Shown piece by piece: positions 19,221 through 27,755 of a DNA stretch of 29,226 bases. This DNA comes from Chlorobiota bacterium. Its GTDB lineage: Bacteria > Bacteroidota > Bacteroidia > Bacteroidales > JAADGE01. The DNA lies in assembly GCA_030592825.1 (NCBI GenBank), contig JAUVIG010000001.1, positions 1 to 29,226 of the forward strand, in the 5' to 3' direction. Within the stretch, counting starts at the first letter, position 1. The number at the start of each line of letters is the position of its first letter. Below the pieces are notes generated by a model. It was not told the DNA's origin. It saw only the letters and a list, made by a program, of their open reading frames with translations, and made no database searches. Made by a program: the position numbers and the translations under genes.

Positions 19221-19901
19221 ATGACTAAAAAAATACATATCAGAATTATCAAGCTCACTTTATTAACATTAATCCCTTTTTCAATCTTTTCGCAGGATTT
19301 AAAGGATAAAAAAATCGAATTTTCAATAACCGGAGGTGCATTATTACCCGGGAAAGTACAAGGTTCTTATGAATCGGACTATAATCCTGATTCTACAGTT
19401 ACTATTACTAATAAAGTATCGCCTTTAATAAAATTTGTTACAGATTTTAACATATTACCATATTTATCAGTCGGTATAAATGTAAATTTTGCAAAATTCA
19501 ACATCAATGATATTTTATACAAAGATGAATCTATGAAGGAAGGTAACGAGGTTAGTTTAGGTTACTGGGACGACAGAGAACATATAATTCCTTTGGATGA
19601 TATTAAGATGCTTGAAACAAATGTATCTGTTAAAGGACGTTTTATTTTAACTGATAAGATTGTGATTAAACCATGTGTGTATCTGGGTTACAGAAAAACC
19701 TTTTCGAGCAGCCCGGATGCAAGGGAAAAGGGCTTGGTCTTAAATTATAATATTGAATATCAGTATTATTTCAAAACAAACCATTTTTTAACAGCAGATC
19801 TCGGTATTTTTTCTCAACCTTACGGAGGTGTGACTCATGTGGCACATGTTCGCTCATTTGGGGTGCCTTATATTACAATAGGTTATGGATTTGCAATTTA
19901 A
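19221..19901 (+). CDS. Secreted protein, probable outer-membrane beta-barrel
   Basis: Signal peptide ending FSIFS|Q; strand-like pattern; C-terminal YITIGYGFAI. Confidence 0.6.
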   Translation: MTKKIHIRIIKLTLLTLIPFSIFSQDLKDKKIEFSITGGALLPGKVQGSYESDYNPDSTVTITNKVSPLIKFVTDFNILPYLSVGINVNFAKFNINDILYKDESMKEGNEVSLGYWDDREHIIPLDDIKMLETNVSVKGRFILTDKIVIKPCVYLGYRKTFSSSPDAREKGLVLNYNIEYQYYFKTNHFLTADLGIFSQPYGGVTHVAHVRSFGVPYITIGYGFAI

Positions 19902-20043
19902 ACAAAAATCTAAATACTTCATTTTCCTTTTTATGATTGTATTTGTGTTTTTAGGAATCTTAATAAACTGTGCATTGAGATCATTGAGAATTGACGGTGA
20001 TTTAATTCATACTTTTGATTATTTGTAAGCTAAAAATAAACTT

Positions 20044-22035
20044 ATGAAATACATGGCAAACATAAATATAAGAAATTCTTTTTTGCTAATCCTGTTCTTT
20101 TCTGTAACAATATTTTTATTGCCTAAAAACGTTATTGCCGATGATTCTATAAGAATTGAGTTAGATGAAATATTGTTTTTTGAATCCGGAAATGATGTTC
20201 CCGATAAAAAAGACAGAAAATATATTAATCATTTTAAACCCGAAACACAATATATTAATGTTGAATTAAACATTAAAAACCTGAATTATAAAAAAGAAGA
20301 TAAAGAATATAAAATAACATTTATTTGGAACTATTTAAACGGAGACGAATTTGGAAGATCAGAGGCGACATTTAATGTGAAATCAGAATGGTCAACTGCT
20401 TATATAAACCGGGGTTGGGGATTTACCGATAAAGGAAATTGGCGACTTGGCAGATACACGGCTAAAATACTTATTAACGACAGCCTCTTAGCAGAAAAAG
20501 ACTTTTTTATTACCAAATTTGATGAGGATTTTATTTCACTTCCGGAAGATAATAAAGTCATTGAAAACCTACAGAATATTTCTTCAGATATCAAGTACAA
20601 AATCCTGCATCAGTATAAAATAGTACCGCAACCATATTTTAATTATTTTTATGATATTAATTTCAGTGAAGACGGGAAAGATATCGCATATTCTATTGCT
20701 AATTATGAACATCAAAATGCCACTTCATATTCGGGTTCTTCAACATCAAGAGATATGCTCTTATTCAAAAATAACAAACAAATAATTCCGAATTATTTTA
20801 TGATACGAGCCGATTTTGATAAAAATCTTAAAAACTTAACTTATTTCGGATTAAAACTTAAAACTTCTGATATAAAGGATGCTGAAGGAAACGGTTATTA
20901 TAACGGATTGCAATTGTATAACAATACATACTATATCCCGTTAGATATAAGTCCCGACAATAAAAAACATATATATATACTGAATACGATGCCCATATTG
21001 AAATCTTCATTCACATGGGACAATGCCTACGAATTTTTAATGATAAACAATAAAAAAACACAAGCAGAACACTTAAAAACTGCAAAATCAATAAGAATTA
21101 CTAAATCTACCCAATCAATATTCTCTCGAACAAATTCAATAGTATTTATTAAAAATTCGGATAATTCCTATAATGCATTATATACGGCAAAATACAAGTT
21201 TGACAATCAGGCTCATTATGCATTATTTAACGAAGCAAAAAGAATTTCACCACAATTTGACGGCTACATCAGTATACCCTATTTATCTCCTGATGAAAAA
21301 AATGTTGCATACATTGTAAAGGATAAAAAAGAGTGGTTTGTAATGATTAATGATAAAAAAATAACAAAAGGATACAAAGAAATTAAAGCGTCAAAAGCAT
21401 TAAACAACGTAAAAAACGAAATAGTTTTTTGTAAGCAAGGGAAAAATGTTATTTACCAAGCTAAAATAAAAGGCGATTGGTATGTAATGAAAGGCGATGA
21501 AATAATATCCGACGGTTTTTCAAAAATTGAATTAATTACAGTGAATCCTGCCGGAGACAAGATTGCTTATATTGCAAAATCCGGAAAGACTTGGAGTGCA
21601 TATATTAATAAAAGAAGAATTTCAGAAGAATTTGATCGTTTTGGGAAAGAAATCAAATTCAGCCCCGACGGTAATAATATTGCTTATGCAGCAGGAACTG
21701 AAGACAGTATGTTTGTAATGATAAACAATTGTAAAGTATCATCAAATTTTAAAATTCAATATCAAAACTCATTATACATGGGAAAACAACCGCTTGCAAT
21801 CACTAATCTTACATTTAACAAAACAGGTGATAAGCTTGCATATATAGTTATTTTTGAGTATTCCGGAGAAGAATATGTGGACAAAATGAAACATTCTTAT
21901 ATCATGATTAATGATGCTCGGATTTCACCCAAAATGTACAATGCATCAATACACTCAAATAAACCGGGTGAATTATTTTATGCAGGAATAGATATTTCTG
22001 ATTTAATTCTTCATCATGTTAAGATTGAATTTTAA
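20044..22035 (+). CDS. Secreted protein: N-terminal Ig-like domain plus TolB/PD40-like beta-propeller
   Basis: Signal peptide; ...GNWRLGRYTAKILINDSLLAEKDF; blades FSEDGKDIAY, ISPDNKKHIY, LSPDEKNVAY, VNPAGDKIAY, FSPDGNNIAY, FNKTGDKLAY. Confidence 0.65.
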   Translation: MKYMANINIRNSFLLILFFSVTIFLLPKNVIADDSIRIELDEILFFESGNDVPDKKDRKYINHFKPETQYINVELNIKNLNYKKEDKEYKITFIWNYLNGDEFGRSEATFNVKSEWSTAYINRGWGFTDKGNWRLGRYTAKILINDSLLAEKDFFITKFDEDFISLPEDNKVIENLQNISSDIKYKILHQYKIVPQPYFNYFYDINFSEDGKDIAYSIANYEHQNATSYSGSSTSRDMLLFKNNKQIIPNYFMIRADFDKNLKNLTYFGLKLKTSDIKDAEGNGYYNGLQLYNNTYYIPLDISPDNKKHIYILNTMPILKSSFTWDNAYEFLMINNKKTQAEHLKTAKSIRITKSTQSIFSRTNSIVFIKNSDNSYNALYTAKYKFDNQAHYALFNEAKRISPQFDGYISIPYLSPDEKNVAYIVKDKKEWFVMINDKKITKGYKEIKASKALNNVKNEIVFCKQGKNVIYQAKIKGDWYVMKGDEIISDGFSKIELITVNPAGDKIAYIAKSGKTWSAYINKRRISEEFDRFGKEIKFSPDGNNIAYAAGTEDSMFVMINNCKVSSNFKIQYQNSLYMGKQPLAITNLTFNKTGDKLAYIVIFEYSGEEYVDKMKHSYIMINDARISPKMYNASIHSNKPGELFYAGIDISDLILHHVKIEF

Positions 22036-22044
22036 GAAACGACT

Positions 22045-22800
22045 TTAGTTCCTGATTATAAATTTGCCCGTAAATACTGATTCTTCTGTAGTTTCCAATT
22101 GCCAGTAATAAAGACCGGGTTTAAGTTTTTGTTCAAAAAGGTAAGTAGTATCAATTTGCTTTTCGAATATGATATTTGCTTTATTATCAAAAACTATGAA
22201 ATTAAGTGAATCAAAATCTGCTGATTCCCATCTGATTTTGATAATCTCATTCGGTTTAAATTTATAATTAAATTTCGGAGACAAAACTTCAAGATTTCCG
22301 GCTCTTACAGAATTTTCTATAAAATTTTCAAATTCAGGCATAATTTTGTATGCTTCTGCTAATAGATTTGTGTTTTTTTCATATTCATCATTAAATTCTT
22401 TGTTTATGATAGTCGAATCTTCTTTTTTGAATGTAATTGTATCAATATTTTCGGATTTTAATGATACAACATTTTTTCCAATTTTATTTTTATCTGATAA
22501 TAAAATGCCTAACCATGTTATTGAAACAAGAACTAATAATGTAGCCGCAATTTTTAGTAAAAAAGAAAAGTTGATTACAGGCTTCTTGCTTGTTTTTGGA
22601 ATTGCAAATTTATTTTGATTGATTTCTTTCGGTAACTCATTCCTGATAATACCGATTATTGCTTTTCTTTTTTCCAGTGTATCCATACATTCATCGCAAA
22701 ACAAAAGATGTTCTTCCAGTCCGTTTTCTTCCTCTTCTGTTAATTGATTAAGTAAGTACTTGTCAATTAAATCGTTATTTATAATATCATTATGATTCAT
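22045..22800 (-). CDS. Zinc-binding (zf-HC2-like) transmembrane anti-sigma factor
   Basis: IDKYLLNQL...EEHLLFCDEC (HxxxCxxC), a single TM helix, and a C-terminal Ig-like domain (LKPGLYYWQL); 18 bp downstream of the sigma gene. Confidence 0.85.
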   Translation of the reverse strand: MNHNDIINNDLIDKYLLNQLTEEEENGLEEHLLFCDECMDTLEKRKAIIGIIRNELPKEINQNKFAIPKTSKKPVINFSFLLKIAATLLVLVSITWLGILLSDKNKIGKNVVSLKSENIDTITFKKEDSTIINKEFNDEYEKNTNLLAEAYKIMPEFENFIENSVRAGNLEVLSPKFNYKFKPNEIIKIRWESADFDSLNFIVFDNKANIIFEKQIDTTYLFEQKLKPGLYYWQLETTEESVFTGKFIIRN

Positions 22801-22818
22801 ATCTTAACAATCAGCATT

Positions 22819-23655
22819 TTAAATGTAACCGTGCAGTCGTGCCGGTTTTTCAAGTTTTGCAAGTGCTCTGTGTTTGATAACTCTGCAATTTACTTCTGTA
22901 ATATTTAATTTTTCAGCAATATTTTTAAGTTTTTCCTCTTTAAAGAATACTTCAAAAAGTATATTTTTTTCTGACTCGTTTAAATCTTTAAATAAGTTAG
23001 ATATAAATTTTTCTTTATCTGATTCCGGTATATACTGATCATAATTATCAAAATAATCCGGTTCAAAATCATTAGTATTAAAAAAGAGATTCTTTTTCTT
23101 TTCTCTGTAATATTCAAAGAGTTTTAAGTTAATTATTTTAAAAATATATGATTTTAATAATCCGGAGTCCTTAAAAAAAAGTTCATTTTTTTGTAATTTG
23201 TTTAGAAAAACAACTTGCGCTTCCTGATAAAATTGTTCCTGCAGTTCAATATCTGAAAAACCTTTTTTTATAAGCCAGAATTTAATTCTTCTTTTTAATA
23301 ATATATCAAAAGTCAACCATACTTTTTTATCATTTCTATATAATAAATCAAAATAGTTTTGAAACAGCCTTGGAATTTTTTCATTTGCTTTCGATATTAT
23401 AAAATCTTTATATTCTGAGAAAGTACTTATTGTTTCCTGTCTGTAAGTTATTTTTTGTATTATATCCGAAAATAAATCATCAAATAATACTTTTCGGCTG
23501 CAAATTTCATCCTTTCCGGCTATCCAATCAAGTTCAATATATTTTTTAGAGAAATACCGGGAAACAACTATCTTCAAGTTATTCTTCACTATAGAAATCG
23601 CTTTCTTTTCACCTAAAGTTAGATTATTAATCAGCTCTTTAAATTTATCATGCAT
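22819..23655 (-). CDS. ECF-type sigma factor with an N-terminal extra sigma2-like domain
   Basis: sigma2 FYQEAQVVFLNKL...LKSYIFKIIN; sigma4 LNESEKNIL...LKNIAEKLNITEVNCRVIKHRALAKL; about 95 extra N-terminal residues. Confidence 0.85.
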   Translation of the reverse strand: MHDKFKELINNLTLGEKKAISIVKNNLKIVVSRYFSKKYIELDWIAGKDEICSRKVLFDDLFSDIIQKITYRQETISTFSEYKDFIISKANEKIPRLFQNYFDLLYRNDKKVWLTFDILLKRRIKFWLIKKGFSDIELQEQFYQEAQVVFLNKLQKNELFFKDSGLLKSYIFKIINLKLFEYYREKKKNLFFNTNDFEPDYFDNYDQYIPESDKEKFISNLFKDLNESEKNILFEVFFKEEKLKNIAEKLNITEVNCRVIKHRALAKLEKPARLHGYI

Positions 23656-23670
23656 CCCTTTATATTTATG

Positions 23671-23700
23671 AGATGTAAAAAATCACTCAAATGTTACAAA
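23671..23700 (-). promoter_or_regulatory. Putative autoregulatory ECF promoter TTTGTAAC-N16-ACATCT
   Basis: Ends 15 nt before the sigma ATG; matches 16392-16421. Confidence 0.65.
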
Positions 23701-23716
23701 AAATATGTAAATAAAC

Positions 23717-23750
23717 AAAAAGCCTGCAAGAATTTTCAAACAGGCTTTTT
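23717..23750 (-). terminator. Intrinsic terminator downstream of intact dnaN
   Basis: AAAAAGCCTG...CAGGCTTTTT 10-bp stem with T/A runs on both sides. Confidence 0.8.
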
Positions 23751-23770
23751 TATAATATCTTCAATAACAA

Positions 23771-24904
23771 TTAATTATTAATCATCATCGGCATTAACAG
23801 CATTAAAACATCTTCATTTTCTGAGTCCGACTCAAAAGGTAACATAATTCCTGCTTTTGAAGGATCAGACATTTCAAAAACAACTTCTTCCGAACCGATA
23901 TTTTGAAGTATCTCCGATAAGAAAACAGATTTAAAACCAATTTCCATATCATCGCCTTCGTACTGACATACTAAACGTTCATGTGCAGAAATTGAAAAAT
24001 CAATATCTTGTGCCGAAACTATTATTTCATTTGCCGTAAAATGTAATTTTATCAAATTGCTTGCCTGATTTGAGAAAACTGATACACGTTTCACAGTATT
24101 GTAAAGATCAGACCTGTTAATAATTAATTTATTAGGGTTTTCAGTAGGTATAACTGACGCATAGTTAGGGTATTTCCCTTCTGTTAATCGGCATATTAAT
24201 TTAAAACCGAGAAACGTGAATACAGCATTTTTTTCATCAAACTCAATAGATACTACCTCATCAACCAATCCGACAAGTAAACCTTTTAATAAATTAGCAG
24301 GTTTCTTCGGCAATATAAAAGATGAATCCTTATCGGCATTTCCGTCGGTTCTTTTGTATCTTACAAGCTTATGCGAATCAGATGCAACGAATGTAATATC
24401 TTCCTTTGTCATTGAAAAAAATATCCCGTTCATAACAGGCCTTAACTCATCATTTGCAGTTGCAAAAACGGATTTGTTAATACCGCTGTCCAAAAGTTTT
24501 GCATCCAATTTGAATTTCACGGATGTATCTTCGGACAATTCCGGAGCTTGAGGATATTCGTCAGCAGGAGAACCGACTACACTGAACTTTCCGTTTTCAG
24601 AAAGTATATTTACAGATAAAGTTTCAGAATCAATCTCAAAAGTCAGAGGTTGTTCCGGAAACTCTTTTAAAATATCTAACAAACGTTTTGCTTCCAGAGC
24701 AATTTTTCCTGAACCTTCACTATTCTCAATGCTTAGCTTTGTAATTAATGTAGATTCTAAATCTGATGCAGTTATGGTTAATTCTCCTGTATCAAGATCG
24801 AAAAGGAAACTGTCGAGTATCGGAATTGTAGATTTTCCGCTGATTGCTTTACTTACACTTAGCATATGTGAAAGTAATTCTGAACTGGAAACAATAAATT
24901 TCAT
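23771..24904 (-). CDS. dnaN: DNA polymerase III beta sliding clamp
   Basis: PILDSFLF, ASDLE, ELRPVMNG, VASDSHKL, GKYPNY, IGFKSVFL, LLMPMM. Confidence 0.97.
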   Translation of the reverse strand: MKFIVSSSELLSHMLSVSKAISGKSTIPILDSFLFDLDTGELTITASDLESTLITKLSIENSEGSGKIALEAKRLLDILKEFPEQPLTFEIDSETLSVNILSENGKFSVVGSPADEYPQAPELSEDTSVKFKLDAKLLDSGINKSVFATANDELRPVMNGIFFSMTKEDITFVASDSHKLVRYKRTDGNADKDSSFILPKKPANLLKGLLVGLVDEVVSIEFDEKNAVFTFLGFKLICRLTEGKYPNYASVIPTENPNKLIINRSDLYNTVKRVSVFSNQASNLIKLHFTANEIIVSAQDIDFSISAHERLVCQYEGDDMEIGFKSVFLSEILQNIGSEEVVFEMSDPSKAGIMLPFESDSENEDVLMLLMPMMINN

Positions 24905-25169
24905 GTGCTTTATTTTTATTATTTATGAATAATTTGCTAAAATATACATTTTTAAATTTAAAACAATATGCCGGCTTATCTTTTTTTAAAAATTTAGGCT
25001 AAATTTAATTATTGACAATTTACTAACACGATTTTAACATGATTTAAACACATTATTGATTCCTCCACAATTTTAACGGGGTGTTTTAAATACTAAAATG
25101 ATTAAATGCGACAATGCTATAATAATAAAAAGGTCATAATTCTAAAATCACTTTTTGATATTATTAGCT

Positions 25170-25928
25170 CTACTGTCTTTTTAACAATTCCTTGGCATAA
25201 ACGTCACAAATTGTATTCTCATAATGAAAAGAGTGTGCTTTAACCCATTCAAATTCAATATATTTACCTTGAGTCAGTTTATAATATTCTTTCCAATAAG
25301 TTATATTTTTAACTTTCTCTCCTTGAGCAGTAAACCAATTATTTAATTTCCAATTATAAATCCATTCAGTCAAACCTTTAATTACGTAGCGGCTGTCAGT
25401 TATAATCCTGATTCTTTCGCAATCTCCCAACTCCTTAAGCCCCTCTATTACAGCTACTAACTCAATTAAGCTGCTGTTTTGAATTTCCTTAATACCAAAT
25501 TTTATATCATATAGAGCATTTGTTTTTTTAAACAATGCAACATAAGAACAAAGTCGCTTTTTTACGGAATAACTACCGTCAGTAAATATACTTATAAAAT
25601 CATTTTCATAATAATCAAGTGTATAAATTTTGGGAGAATTCGTACGTTTATCATAAACAATGATTTTTGAAAGATCGTTAAATCCTACGACTTCCTTATT
25701 ATTTCTGATAATGAATTTTAATCTGAAGCCAATATAAAAAGTATCAGCTCTTTTATTATGGAAGATCTTTCTGATTTGGTATTCGTTTTCTTTTAAAACT
25801 TCAGTAAAAAAATTATTTGATTCAAAGGCAAGTATTTTTTTCACCGGTGTAAAACTAATCTCTGCTTTATGTGAAGATGAAAAAATATGAATTCTGTATG
25901 CATCATTTATTTGATCAAAAATGTGCAT
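25170..25928 (-). CDS. Ribonuclease HI-family protein with an about 110-aa unknown N-terminal extension
   Basis: FTDGS, IELVAVIEGL, TDSRYV, W..N.W, WVKAH...NTICD: all catalytic acidic residues and the His are present. Confidence 0.85.
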   Translation of the reverse strand: MHIFDQINDAYRIHIFSSSHKAEISFTPVKKILAFESNNFFTEVLKENEYQIRKIFHNKRADTFYIGFRLKFIIRNNKEVVGFNDLSKIIVYDKRTNSPKIYTLDYYENDFISIFTDGSYSVKKRLCSYVALFKKTNALYDIKFGIKEIQNSSLIELVAVIEGLKELGDCERIRIITDSRYVIKGLTEWIYNWKLNNWFTAQGEKVKNITYWKEYYKLTQGKYIEFEWVKAHSFHYENTICDVYAKELLKRQ

Positions 25929-25959
25929 ATCACATATTATCGGATATTTAATTTCAGTA

Positions 25960-26532
25960 TTAATAACTTAGCCAATTTTCAATAATATTTTTTCCGAATT
26001 TTGTCATTATGGATTCCGGATGAAATTGGATACCTTTAACATCATATTTTACATGACTGACAGCCATAATTATATCACGCTGTGATATTGCCGTAACTTT
26101 CAGATCGTTATTATCATTATCAACCGAAACTGCCCAAGAGTGATATAACCCGGTTTCAATCCTTTCAGGCTGATCTTTAAACAATTTATCTTCTCTGTCA
26201 ATTATTTTCGTATTGGTTTTAACTCCGTGATGAACCTTGTCAGGATTATATAAATCTGCTCCGAAATATTCGGCAATTGCTTGCATTCCGAGACAAATTC
26301 CCAGTATTGACTTTTCTTTATAAAATTTATCAATTATTTCAAATAAGTTTACTGTGTGTTCAGGTAATCCGGGTCCGGGTGAAATTAAAATTTTATCAAA
26401 TTCAGAAATTTCATTTAAATTTACCACATCGTTTTTAATTATCGTATATTCGCATAAATTGCTTTCATAAAGCAGTTGTGCTAAATTAAATGTAAACGAA
26501 TCATAATTATCTATTAATAAAACTTTTTTCAT
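25960..26532 (-). CDS. pabA: Aminodeoxychorismate/anthranilate synthase component II (glutamine amidotransferase)
   Basis: IDNYDSFTFNL, ISPGPGLP, LGICLGMQ, YHSW, QFHPES. A trpG assignment cannot be excluded, but the pabB neighbour favours pabA. Confidence 0.88.
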   Translation of the reverse strand: MKKVLLIDNYDSFTFNLAQLLYESNLCEYTIIKNDVVNLNEISEFDKILISPGPGLPEHTVNLFEIIDKFYKEKSILGICLGMQAIAEYFGADLYNPDKVHHGVKTNTKIIDREDKLFKDQPERIETGLYHSWAVSVDNDNNDLKVTAISQRDIIMAVSHVKYDVKGIQFHPESIMTKFGKNIIENWLSY

Positions 26533-26568
26533 ATTAACTCTTTAGACAGAAATAAGGCGATTCAAAAA

Positions 26569-27507
26569 ATGAATGAATACGGGAAAAATAATTTACCCTT
26601 TTTGTTCATTATTGATTTTGACTTTAAAAAAGCATATATACTTGATAAAGAAGAATTGGACCCTTACAAAGTTAAGTTTTCTTTTAACAATTTTGCGAAT
26701 TGTGAGGATAAAAAAATTAAGAAACCGATAAAATTTGAAAAAAAAACTCCCTCACTGTATAATTATCAAATATCTTTTGATAAAGTACAAAAAGAAATTA
26801 ATGCAGGCAATACTTATTTATTAAATTTGACTTTTTCTTCAGAAATTCAAACAAATTTGGATTTAAAAGAAATATATAATCTAACTAAAGCCCCCTATAA
26901 ACTCTATTTCAATGATGAATTTACGGTATTTTCTCCTGAAACTTTTATTAAGATAAAAGATCGAAAAATTTCTTCATTTCCCATGAAAGGAACTATTGAT
27001 GCAAGTATTCCGGATGCTGAGAGGAAAATATTAAATGATCATAAAGAAACTGCCGAACATAATACCATAGTTGATCTCATAAGGAATGATTTAAATATGG
27101 TTGGCAGAGAGGTTAAAGTTAAACGATTCAGATATATTGACAAAATTACTACCAACAAAAAAGATCTTCTGCAAGTCAGTTCAGAAATCAGCGGCATTTT
27201 ACCCGATAATTATTATGAAAACATCGGAACCATAATTGACAAACTACTTCCTGCAGGATCAATAAGCGGAGCACCAAAGAAAAAAACAATTGAAATTATA
27301 AAATATACGGAAACACATAATCGAAACTACTATACCGGAATTGCCGGATATTTTGACGGCAAAGATTTAGACAGCTTTGTAATGATACGATTTATTGAAA
27401 AACAAGGCAATCAATTATTTTTTAAAAGCGGCGGCGGTATTACAAATTTCAGCAATGTAAATTCAGAATACAACGAAATTATTGATAAGGTCTATCTTGC
27501 GATATAA
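26569..27507 (+). CDS. pabB: Aminodeoxychorismate synthase component I (short Bacteroidota type)
   Basis: GNTYLLNLT, SPETF, PMKGT, KETAEHNTIVDLIRNDL, PAGSISGAPK, SGGGIT. Confidence 0.9.
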   Translation: MNEYGKNNLPFLFIIDFDFKKAYILDKEELDPYKVKFSFNNFANCEDKKIKKPIKFEKKTPSLYNYQISFDKVQKEINAGNTYLLNLTFSSEIQTNLDLKEIYNLTKAPYKLYFNDEFTVFSPETFIKIKDRKISSFPMKGTIDASIPDAERKILNDHKETAEHNTIVDLIRNDLNMVGREVKVKRFRYIDKITTNKKDLLQVSSEISGILPDNYYENIGTIIDKLLPAGSISGAPKKKTIEIIKYTETHNRNYYTGIAGYFDGKDLDSFVMIRFIEKQGNQLFFKSGGGITNFSNVNSEYNEIIDKVYLAI

Positions 27508-27755
27508 GTTTTATTTGAAAGGTATTTTTTTATTTCTTTTAAAAATGCATTTCTGTCATTTTGGTTTTGGTTATTAGCAAAAATTACTTATCCTTGTTAA
27601 TACAGATTAACAAAATATGCCTATTATTAATAATCAAGAATAACAATGCTTACAGATTTACTTTTACAAAAATACTTTGCTTTCACCGGCAGATGAATTT
27701 GTTTTAAACGGAGAGGACCGGAGCATAGCCATCAAGTAAAAAAATCAGGGGAAGT

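Larger units (their letters stand above)
11145..23887. mobile_element. Genomic island inserted at the dnaN 3' end (no integrase visible)
   Basis: Bounded by 117-bp direct repeats of the dnaN 3' end; accessory cargo; its own terminator follows the intact dnaN. Confidence 0.75.

Noticed and set aside
24905-25169. Possible replication origin upstream of dnaN (AT-rich, AATTTAG-G-CTAAATT palindrome, TCCTCCACA, loose TAACA repeats)
   Set aside because: There is no dnaA and no cluster of good TTATCCACA boxes; the single near-match has two mismatches.
27508-27755. Possible pabC relic, or a structured RNA near CACCGGCAGATG...GGAGAGGACCGGAGC
   Set aside because: No alignable reading frame and no riboswitch consensus recognised; an Rfam scan would be needed.
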